Below the pieces are notes generated by a model, which saw only the letters and a program-made list of their open reading frames with translations, did not search any database and had not been told where the DNA came from. A program made the translations under genes and the position numbers. Shown in pieces: positions 56,386 through 64,000 of a stretch of 64,000 nucleotides of DNA (the stretch's first letter is position 1; each line of letters opens with the position of its first letter). Source of the DNA: an archaeon (GTDB lineage: Archaea; Nanobdellota; Nanobdellia; SCGC-AAA011-G17; GW2011-AR20); contig NZCT01000025.1 in NCBI GenBank assembly GCA_002688355.1, positions 27,175-91,174 on the forward strand, read 5' to 3'.

Positions 56386-56889
56386 TTAAACTCTTATTTT
56401 ACTTACTATTTTACGCTTTTTATTAGTTTCTATTTCGAATATTATATCTCTCTTCCATTCCATATATTCTTTCTGTATGTAATCTAGCTCCTTGTTAAGA
56501 TAGTTCTTTATCATTTCCCTAATCACACCACCATGAGATATAATAAGGCCTTCATTAAGATTATATTTTTCTTGAAAACTTAGAACTCTATTTTCAAATT
56601 CTTCTATGGTTTCAAAGTGATCTAACGGTTGAGTCTCTTCAAAATTTCTTTCTCTTAATAATTTTGTTACTTCAAGTTTAGAACCACTTTCTTTTTGAAT
56701 AGCCCTTGCAAGGTCTAAACATCTCTTCAAATCACTAGAGTATATTTTTTCTTTATAATTTCTGAAGTATCTAACTATTTTGTTAAATTGGTTTAAACCA
56801 TCTTCTGTATACTTTGTTTCTTCCCAACCCGTTAATTTATATTCCTTATTATGGATTGTTTCTGGATGTCTTACCAAATATAATCTCAT
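56386..56889 (-). CDS. Histidine phosphatase superfamily (PGM-like) protein
   Basis: LVRHPET (RHGE-type) and SHGGVIR motifs. Confidence 0.7.
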   Translation of the reverse strand: MRLYLVRHPETIHNKEYKLTGWEETKYTEDGLNQFNKIVRYFRNYKEKIYSSDLKRCLDLARAIQKESGSKLEVTKLLRERNFEETQPLDHFETIEEFENRVLSFQEKYNLNEGLIISHGGVIREMIKNYLNKELDYIQKEYMEWKRDIIFEIETNKKRKIVSKIRV

Positions 56890-56941
56890 ATAAATTTAGA
56901 TTATGGAAATCCTTAAATACCTTATCTAAATATTCTCAAAT

Positions 56942-57673
56942 ATGATAACAAAATCTACAGAAGAAATAAAAGATATTTATAACAATCAAGAAAATATATT
57001 CGATTCTTGGAGAGACAAAACAAATTATTACAAGATTGTAATTGAAATTCTTTACAATGCTATGGAAAATAATATTTCTTTTCCAACTAAAGAAAGAAAA
57101 GTATTAGATGCGGCGTGTGGTCCTGGAAGAAATATAAATGCTATTTTAGGTGCTGGTGCAAAAGAAGTAACGGGGTTAGATTTAACACCAAATTTGCTAA
57201 ATATAGCTAAAAAAAGATTTAAAAATAATAAGAATGTAAATTTTTCCCAACATAATTTAGAAAAAAAGTTACCTTTTGAAGACGAATCATTCGATGTTGT
57301 TGTCTGCTGCAAAGCTTTGCCCCATATAAAAAATATAGATCAAGTTTTAGGAGAATTCAAAAGAATTCTTAAAAAAAATGGGGTAATGTTTCTTGATTTT
57401 TATAGTCCTTATAGCTTCAGAAGATTATTTGCTGGTAAAAATTATTTAACATACACTAGATGGGATTCTGTCTCTAAAGTTAAAAGCTATTTGGAAAAAC
57501 AGAACTTAGAAATTAAAAAAATCTACGGTCAAAACACATTTATACCTAACGAATCTTTCCTTAACACTTTTAAACTTTTTAAGTTTTTTAGATGGTTAGA
57601 AAATAAATTCACAAATTCCTTCCTAAATAAATTTTCTGGATATTACAATGTTATAATAAAAAAAGATAATTAA
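56942..57673 (+). CDS. Class I SAM-dependent methyltransferase
   Basis: VLDAACGPGRNI...GLDLTPNLL. Confidence 0.7.
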   Translation: MITKSTEEIKDIYNNQENIFDSWRDKTNYYKIVIEILYNAMENNISFPTKERKVLDAACGPGRNINAILGAGAKEVTGLDLTPNLLNIAKKRFKNNKNVNFSQHNLEKKLPFEDESFDVVVCCKALPHIKNIDQVLGEFKRILKKNGVMFLDFYSPYSFRRLFAGKNYLTYTRWDSVSKVKSYLEKQNLEIKKIYGQNTFIPNESFLNTFKLFKFFRWLENKFTNSFLNKFSGYYNVIIKKDN

Positions 57674-58725
57674 GTAATTTTTTCTATTTCTTTTAAGAGA
57701 GATTCAACTGATTTATCCCAAGAGTATCTTTCTGCCTCTTTCCTTGATGCTTTACTCATTTTTTCTCTTAGTTTCTTGTTTCCAACTAAAAGATTAATTT
57801 TTTCAGACATTTCTTTCTCATCATTAACTAAGAATCCAGTTTTTCCATCCTTGATTATTTCATCAGAAGCTGTAGTAATTTTCTTACCATCTGGTCTAAA
57901 GGCAATACATGGAAGACCAGAAGCCATTGCTTCCAACAAGACTAGGCCAAAGGATTCATAGATTGAAGGCAAGACGAAAATTTTGGATTCTTGTAAATAT
58001 TTTAATGGATTTTTCTGTCCAAGTAATTGAATTTTATCTTTAACGTTGTTTTCTAATATTAATCTTTTGTAAGTTTTCTTCAGCTTACCATCTCCCAAGA
58101 TAATGAAATTAGATCTAGATTTTTTTGCAACTGATATCAACTTGTCGATGCCTTTTCTAGGATCAAAGTTAGCTACAGTGACAACATCATATTTTTTCTT
58201 ACTTTGTTTATTCGGTTTAAACTTATTTAAATTAACTCCATGAGGAATAACTATGCCTTTGACAAAATTGTATTCTTTCTGCACTTGTTTATTCAAAGAT
58301 TTACTAGAACAAATTAATTTTTTGCACTTCAAGATTCCATTTCTCTCAATTTCTGATATTCTCTCAATTTCTTTTTCGTTTTTAAATCTCCCATTCTCAT
58401 CCATAAATTTTATACTCATACTTCTAACTGACGGAATGATATAAATCACATTTTTAAAGTTATTAATTGCCTGTAAAAGGAATTTGTAATAACGAACTAA
58501 GATAAGGTCAAAATTATTTCTGTTTTCTTGCATAAATCCCATTATGTTTTTTTCTTCAACTCTATAAACTTTGACGTCCATTATAATTTCTTCTGTTTCA
58601 TAGTTTTTTTTTTGACATAGGATAGTTACTTCATGATTTTTACATAAGATTTTTGAAACATTCTGAGAATATTGGGCTATTCCTCTTAAACCTGGGTAAA
58701 CATCAGAACAAATTAGTATTCTCAT
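57670..58725 (-). CDS. Glycosyltransferase family 4
   Basis: C-terminal KIFVLPSIYESFGLVLLEAMASGLPCIA. Confidence 0.8.
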   Translation of the reverse strand: MRILICSDVYPGLRGIAQYSQNVSKILCKNHEVTILCQKKNYETEEIIMDVKVYRVEEKNIMGFMQENRNNFDLILVRYYKFLLQAINNFKNVIYIIPSVRSMSIKFMDENGRFKNEKEIERISEIERNGILKCKKLICSSKSLNKQVQKEYNFVKGIVIPHGVNLNKFKPNKQSKKKYDVVTVANFDPRKGIDKLISVAKKSRSNFIILGDGKLKKTYKRLILENNVKDKIQLLGQKNPLKYLQESKIFVLPSIYESFGLVLLEAMASGLPCIAFRPDGKKITTASDEIIKDGKTGFLVNDEKEMSEKINLLVGNKKLREKMSKASRKEAERYSWDKSVESLLKEIEKIT

Positions 58726-59477
58726 TTAAAATATATCCCTTTCTTTAATTTTTCTTTAATTACTTTGCTTGCAATAAGCTTTTTTCCTTTACTTACATTG
58801 CCTTTGTGAATTCTGTACCTATATGCAAGTATGTTTAATTTTTTAAGTTTAAAACCTTTACCAATAATCTTAAACCATAAATCATAATCTTGTGATGCTA
58901 CTAAATCTTCGTCAAAATGTACACTTTTAAATATTTCTCTTCTCATCATAACAGAACACCCTGGAATTAATTTCTTTCCTCTCTCGCTTAAAATTTCATA
59001 AGTTTTGATTTTCTCAAAATCTTTTCTTTTCACAGACCTTAGCATAATTTTTTTTGGATTTTCTTTAAATTCTATAGCATCTACAAATTCAAAATCTCCT
59101 TCTTCGTTAAATCTTTTCATATTTCCATAAACCAAATCTATTTTCATATTCTTCTCTAGAAATTTAGTTTCTTCTTCTAACATATTGGACATATAGATAT
59201 CATCCCCATCTAGAAAAGTAATATATTTTCCTTTAGAATTCTTAATTCCTGTGTTTAATGCTCCTGCTCTATATTTGTTTTCATTATGATTTATTAATTT
59301 AATTCTTTTGTTTTTCTTGCAATAATTTTGAGATATTTTCTTAGTGTTATCAGTTGATGCATCATTCACAATAACTAACTCCCAATCCACAAAAGTCTGA
59401 TTTATAACAGAGTTTATCGCTTCAGAAATATGTTTTTCTTCATTATACACAGGCATTATTATTGATACTTTTACCAT
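58722..59477 (-). CDS. Glycosyltransferase family 2
   Basis: VSIIMPVYNEEKHISEAINSVINQTF...LVIVNDASTDNT; DGDD. Confidence 0.8.
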   Translation of the reverse strand: MVKVSIIMPVYNEEKHISEAINSVINQTFVDWELVIVNDASTDNTKKISQNYCKKNKRIKLINHNENKYRAGALNTGIKNSKGKYITFLDGDDIYMSNMLEEETKFLEKNMKIDLVYGNMKRFNEEGDFEFVDAIEFKENPKKIMLRSVKRKDFEKIKTYEILSERGKKLIPGCSVMMRREIFKSVHFDEDLVASQDYDLWFKIIGKGFKLKKLNILAYRYRIHKGNVSKGKKLIASKVIKEKLKKGIYFK

Positions 59478-59478
59478 T

Positions 59479-60627
59479 TTACTCTAAGTGCATTAAAACA
59501 TCTGAAAGGCTTGAAATAATTTTACATTTTTCTTTTAACTTTATTGGTGAATTCTCAAAACAAAAAGCTACATCCACTTCATTAGCTAAATATTCAAACC
59601 CGGCTCTGCTAGCAACTAAAACACAATCTTTTAGTTCAAGATCATTTTTCTTAGCTATTTTTTTCACATAATACAAAATATTTTCTCCACTCTCTGTAGA
59701 ATTTATCCTTTTTACAGTATTAAAGTACTCTAATTTAGAATCTACATTTTTAGTTGTTAATAGCGCGATTTTAATTCTTTTTTTCATTAGAGTTTCTAAA
59801 AATAATTTACAATCTTCCTTTAAATCAAAACCCCTAAATAATATTCCTTCTGAAAAAATAATTAATTTATGTTTATTGTAAAATAATCCAGATTTTCTTA
59901 ACATAGTTTCCATAACTTCTCCAGACATTTTTGCAATCTCTTCGTCAGGACTTTTTTTATGAACTAATTCCCCTATATTTATCTCAACTACTCTTTGTCC
60001 TTGTTCTATTGCATCTAAGAAAATAGCAATGTCAATTCCCCATTTTGGTTCTATTGTTATATCTTTCAAAAAAGATTTTCTTCCTGCAAATTGTCCACTT
60101 ATCGGTTGTTTAAATTTTTGATCTGGGTAAAGAACTTTCATCATAGGTTTAACAGCAAATTCTGTAACTCTACCTCTACTTCTTGTAAATGAAGCTTTTG
60201 TAAAATCAGCTTTATTTTTCAAGATAGGTAATATTAATGCTCTTATTTTTTTATCTGTAATATTCTTCAAATCAGCATCTAAAAATAATATAATCTCTCC
60301 AGAAGCATGTGCTATTCCTGTTTTCAAAGCTTCTCCCTTACCCAAATTTTCATGATGGCTAACTACTTCAACACCTAAATTTCTAGAGATTTCTCCAGTT
60401 TTATCTTTACTTCCATCATCCACAACTATAATTTCTTCTATTTCTTTTACTAATTGAGCTTGTTTTATTACATAAGAAAGAGTCTTTTCTTCATTAAATG
60501 CAGGAATAACTAAACTAACCTTCTTTTCGCCAATTTCAAGCAAAGAAGACATAAAATCTCCAATTCCTTTTGCTATCGATTTAACCTTAATATCTTTTAC
60601 CATTATATTAAAATCATCAAATTTCAC
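59479..60627 (-). CDS. GT2 (DPM1/GpgS-like) glycosyltransferase with ~150-aa C-terminal extension (degenerate HAD-like?)
   Basis: VSLVIPAFNEEKTL...IIVVDDGSKDKTGEI, FLDADL; extension unassigned. Confidence 0.6.
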   Translation of the reverse strand: MKFDDFNIMVKDIKVKSIAKGIGDFMSSLLEIGEKKVSLVIPAFNEEKTLSYVIKQAQLVKEIEEIIVVDDGSKDKTGEISRNLGVEVVSHHENLGKGEALKTGIAHASGEIILFLDADLKNITDKKIRALILPILKNKADFTKASFTRSRGRVTEFAVKPMMKVLYPDQKFKQPISGQFAGRKSFLKDITIEPKWGIDIAIFLDAIEQGQRVVEINIGELVHKKSPDEEIAKMSGEVMETMLRKSGLFYNKHKLIIFSEGILFRGFDLKEDCKLFLETLMKKRIKIALLTTKNVDSKLEYFNTVKRINSTESGENILYYVKKIAKKNDLELKDCVLVASRAGFEYLANEVDVAFCFENSPIKLKEKCKIISSLSDVLMHLE

Positions 60628-60746
60628 TATAAAAAGTGAATTTATAGCTTTCTAAACGTAAACTACAGAAGGTTGTGATAATCTTATAAAATTATGTTTT
60701 TAACTAAATAACAAAATTAATAAGCAACTTCTAATTATTTAAAGAT

Positions 60747-62879
60747 ATGAAGAGAATCTTGTTTTTAACCCTAATTTTAGCTATTTTCTTAATTTCTAGT
60801 GTAAATGCTGCTAACATTGATATAATAACACCAAAAGACGATTATCTAGCAAAAGAGACATTTCAAGCAGAAATTATTCTAAATATAGATTCTTTAAGCA
60901 AGATTTCAACAAATAATTTAAAACTAATCAATGAAACTAATTCAATAATTCCAGTACAATACTTTTTAGAACAATTAACAAATAAACACTATTTTATCTA
61001 TTTTAACTTACCAAACATAGATCAAGGAATCTATAAATTTCAACTAGATAATATTCAATATAAGTTAGATAATTCCCTTAAAATAGAATCTCCATTTAAA
61101 GAATTTAACATAAAAAAACTAAATCCTGGATTTGACTATTTACTAGAAAATCAAAATTCTGATGGTTCTTTTAATTCAATTTCGGAAACAGCTTTAGCTT
61201 CCTTGGCGTTAAAAAATATTTATCCTTCTCAAGCTAAAAAATCATTAAATTACTTAGAAAATAATCAAGATCCTTTAGGTTGTTATCCAAAAGGAAATTG
61301 TAATATAAAAGACACTTCTTTTGCTCTACTTTCTTTACATAATTTTAACAAAGATACTACAAAAATAACAAATTGGTTATTAGGTGCACAAAATAATTTT
61401 GATATTGGTTCTTGGACCTTAACATTAAACTCTGGAAGTTCCTGTTTAGTAAATAATCAAAACTATCAAACTTCTCAATCAATAGATATAAATGTAAATA
61501 CTGAAAATTTAATAATATCTTGTGATGCAGAAACAGAAATAACATTAAAACATTCTTTCCTAGGAAACGTAAAAACAATTCAACAATTACAAGCTACTGA
61601 AGCAAATATAACAATTGACAATTCTCAATGCTTTGGAAAAAATTACAAATCTGAATGTGATTATGAATCTACTTCTTTAGCTCTTTATTCTTTAAAACAA
61701 ACTGGAAATACAATAACAACAAATTATCTCCAAGAAAATCCTTCAGATACAAAAACTCTAGATCAAGCTTTTTTAAATTTATTAAACAATAATCAATATT
61801 CAAAAGATTGGTTAGAAAATAATTTAATAACTAATCAAAACGCATGGTCCCTTTCCTCAGTTTCAATATCTCAAACCCCAGATGTTTACTCGACTATATT
61901 TGCAACACTTTCATTAAAAGATACAGAACAATATGAAAAATCTATAAAATACTTAGAAAAGCAAACAACGAATAATATTTTAAATTCTGCTTTAATTTTA
62001 CATCTTTTCTTAGCTGATCAACAAAAAGAACCAATAATTTCTATATTCCCTGCATTCATTAATAAAAAAGGATCATTTGATTTAATTATAAAAAACGAAA
62101 ATAATATTCCTACTTTAGTAAAAGTAAATTCTCCAAACTTTACAAACATTCCAGCTAGTTTCACATTAGAAAACACAAAAGTATTTTCAGTAAATGTTCC
62201 TAAAACCTCTAAAGATTTTAATATAGAAATAGATTATGGAAATAATTCTTACTCAATATCTGTAATAACTGGAAACTTAACTCAAGGCTCCAACGGAATA
62301 AAACCATTAATTCAACCACCAGAAAATTCAATCTTAATCTTAACAAAAGACCTTTCTGAAAAAACTTCATTAATTGCAACCTTACTCAAGGAAGATGAAA
62401 TAACTGATGATTTAAGAATAAAAAATAATTGGGACTTTATCTTAAATAACATAAAAATAGAATTAACAGGAAATTTAGCAGAAATAATAGAACTTGAAAA
62501 ATACAATTATAACACAATACAACCAAACGAGATATTAAAACAGAAAATAATTATTAATAAGAATAAAAATTCTCTAGGATTATTTGAAGGGGAATTAATT
62601 ATAACAACAGATGAACTAACTCTAACATCATTACCAATATCTTTAACATTTACAGAAGATGAATCTAAAGTTGATACTCTTGAAGATAATGATAAAGATG
62701 AAATTAACGAAACTGAAGAAGATAATGGACCTACAGAAGATGATGATAAAATTTCTCCATGGATATGGTTAATACCTTTCTTTATTTTAGTAACAATCGG
62801 TATAATAATTTTTATATATTCAAGAGGACCTAAAAATAATACATTTAATAAATATATAGAAGGTATAAAAAAGAAATGA
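60747..62879 (+). CDS. Cell-surface alpha/alpha-toroid-repeat protein, paralogue of 21718-23319, with C-terminal TM anchor
   Basis: Signal peptide; repeats LLENQNSDGSFNSISETALASLAL and CYPKGNCNIKDTSFALLSL; acidic linker; TM WIWLIPFFILVTIGIIIFIY. Confidence 0.6.
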   Translation: MKRILFLTLILAIFLISSVNAANIDIITPKDDYLAKETFQAEIILNIDSLSKISTNNLKLINETNSIIPVQYFLEQLTNKHYFIYFNLPNIDQGIYKFQLDNIQYKLDNSLKIESPFKEFNIKKLNPGFDYLLENQNSDGSFNSISETALASLALKNIYPSQAKKSLNYLENNQDPLGCYPKGNCNIKDTSFALLSLHNFNKDTTKITNWLLGAQNNFDIGSWTLTLNSGSSCLVNNQNYQTSQSIDINVNTENLIISCDAETEITLKHSFLGNVKTIQQLQATEANITIDNSQCFGKNYKSECDYESTSLALYSLKQTGNTITTNYLQENPSDTKTLDQAFLNLLNNNQYSKDWLENNLITNQNAWSLSSVSISQTPDVYSTIFATLSLKDTEQYEKSIKYLEKQTTNNILNSALILHLFLADQQKEPIISIFPAFINKKGSFDLIIKNENNIPTLVKVNSPNFTNIPASFTLENTKVFSVNVPKTSKDFNIEIDYGNNSYSISVITGNLTQGSNGIKPLIQPPENSILILTKDLSEKTSLIATLLKEDEITDDLRIKNNWDFILNNIKIELTGNLAEIIELEKYNYNTIQPNEILKQKIIINKNKNSLGLFEGELIITTDELTLTSLPISLTFTEDESKVDTLEDNDKDEINETEEDNGPTEDDDKISPWIWLIPFFILVTIGIIIFIYSRGPKNNTFNKYIEGIKKK

Positions 62880-63379
62880 TAAAAATGACTTTAAGGATAA
62901 TTTTTGTACTTGCGTTTATTATGTTCATAACAGCTCTAATTATAGATACAACAAATAATAGAACTCTAGAAAAACCATTTAACGATTTAGTTGATAAAGT
63001 AGTTTACAATGCTCAACCTTATCCCAAAGATAGAGTAAAAGAAGAACAGATAAGAATTTACGAAGATAGAATTGTTATTAATGTTGCAGATGCTAAATAC
63101 GCGTCCTTTGCAGATACCCATTCCCAAGAACCATTTTTTGGAGAAGGTTCTAATGCAATTCAAATAGCTCCTGAATCTCCTCAAGATATTCAATTAGGAG
63201 ATGTTATAACCTATAGATCTACAGATTCTGGAAGTTTAATCATCCATAGAGTAATAAGTATTAAAAATGATGAGAATGGTTTATATTACACATTAAAAGG
63301 AGATAACAATAAAAAACCAGATCCTGAACGTGTGAGATTTAACCAAGTTAAAAGCGTTTTAATAGGAGTGATATACTAA
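62876..63379 (+). CDS. Type I signal peptidase (archaeal Sec11-like), divergent Ser box
   Basis: N-terminal TM; LGDVITY (box C), LIIHRVISI (His box), LKGDNNKKPDPE (box E GDNN..D). Confidence 0.5.
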   Translation: MIKMTLRIIFVLAFIMFITALIIDTTNNRTLEKPFNDLVDKVVYNAQPYPKDRVKEEQIRIYEDRIVINVADAKYASFADTHSQEPFFGEGSNAIQIAPESPQDIQLGDVITYRSTDSGSLIIHRVISIKNDENGLYYTLKGDNNKKPDPERVRFNQVKSVLIGVIY

Positions 63380-63380
63380 A

Positions 63381-63623
63381 ATGAAAAGAGTAACATGGAT
63401 TTTAATTATAGTTTTGTTATTAGTAGCTTCTTCAATATTATTAATCAAAAATAGAAATGAATCTCGTGCTGTTGGTGCTGATTTTCTTACAGAAGATGAA
63501 ATAGAATTCCAAAAAGCAGATCTTAAAACATGCTGTTTCTATGAGGAAAATAATGAAAATAAAGCTTGTAGAATTTTAAAAAGATATGATTGTTCTGTAT
63601 GTAGTAGTAAGTGTGATAGTTGA
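63381..63623 (+). CDS. Small secreted/anchored Cys-rich protein
   Basis: N-terminal hydrophobic segment; 6 Cys in C-terminal 30 aa. Confidence 0.3.
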   Translation: MKRVTWILIIVLLLVASSILLIKNRNESRAVGADFLTEDEIEFQKADLKTCCFYEENNENKACRILKRYDCSVCSSKCDS

Positions 63624-63660
63624 TAATTAAACTTATAATATTATTCTCTTTATTTAAAAT

Positions 63661-64000
63661 ATGTCTTTTAACTTTAACATTAGAACTCTAGATGATGAGA
63701 AGGATATTCCCAAATTAATGGATTTCTTAGCAAAACAAGATTTAGGTTATCCAAATTATCAAGATTGGCTTCAAAGAGCAGAATATGAAATTTATATTGG
63801 TTATAAAAAACCAATTTTGGCATCCTTTGATAATTATTTCATAGGGGATCTTATCTATCAACCGCATAAAGAATTACCAAGAACAAGAGAATTAAAAAAT
63901 CTTAGAGTCCACCATGATTTTAGAAGAAGAGATATAGCTCATTTTATGTTAAACCAAGCTGAAGTTAATGATAGAGAAGAATACGATATGCTAATATGTG
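63661..64000 (+). CDS. GNAT-family acetyltransferase, partial (continues beyond the window end)
   Basis: ATG at 63661, open to the window end; LKNLRVHHDFRRRDIAHFML resembles GNAT motif A region. Confidence 0.4.
   Translation, partial: MSFNFNIRTLDDEKDIPKLMDFLAKQDLGYPNYQDWLQRAEYEIYIGYKKPILASFDNYFIGDLIYQPHKELPRTRELKNLRVHHDFRRRDIAHFMLNQAEVNDREEYDMLIC

Noticed and set aside
59462-59671. 69-aa plus-strand ORF overlapping the junction of two GT2 genes
   Set aside because: It overlaps two convincing glycosyltransferase genes on the opposite strand; no motif support.
1-64000. CRISPR arrays, rRNA genes, transposases/IS elements, integrases
   Set aside because: No regularly spaced direct repeats, no rRNA-like conserved stretches, and no DDE/tyrosine-recombinase-like ORFs were recognised. 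The only mobile-element-like signature is the 51-bp duplication at 53907/54471, reported separately.

Overview
This 64-kb window is AT-rich and densely coded. The gene content is archaeal and fits a reduced-genome DPANN-type archaeon. Nearly all ORFs end in TAA, and many ribosomal proteins carry lysine/glutamate-rich tails. The core is a compact ribosomal super-operon running L3-L4-L23-L2-S19-L22-S3-L29-SUI1-Rpp29-S17-L14-L24-S4e-L5-S14-S8-L6-L32e-L19e-L18-S5-L30-L15-SecY, then a DUF106 (YidC-like) protein, L34e, L14e and prefoldin alpha. Other housekeeping genes include KsgA, LeuRS, AlaRS, inorganic pyrophosphatase, TFE, Orc1/Cdc6, a fused PriS-PriL primase, L15e and an N-terminal MetRS fragment at the window edge. 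There are four minus-strand tRNA genes, and at least two of them carry long insertions consistent with introns. Accessory content includes a carbamate kinase / P-loop protein / carbamoyltransferase cluster and an ADP-forming acetyl-CoA synthetase (alpha and beta). A split lipoate-protein ligase (LplA/LplB), two paralogous M42 aminopeptidases and a glycosyltransferase cluster are also present. Several secreted surface proteins with C-terminal membrane anchors are encoded, including two paralogues built from prenyltransferase-like alpha/alpha-toroid repeats. The most unusual loci are these. (i) A tight hicB-hicA-nudix operon sits next to Orc1/Cdc6. It is followed by a small PARP/Tpt1-like ADP-ribosyltransferase-fold ORF on a 513-bp segment bracketed by 51-bp direct repeats of the nudix 3' end. 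(ii) A HEPN-like (Rx4H) protein is followed by a ribbon-helix-helix gene whose promoter carries tandem TACGTA-containing operator repeats. (iii) A bacterial-type outer-membrane beta-barrel-like protein, with a signal peptide and C-terminal ...GAGINF, lies next to the intron-containing tRNAs. (iv) A Vps4/meiotic-clade-like AAA ATPase has a non-MIT N-terminal domain. (v) The MetRS-like N-terminus has its HIGH motif replaced by TIGS. No CRISPR array, rRNA gene, or transposase was recognised.
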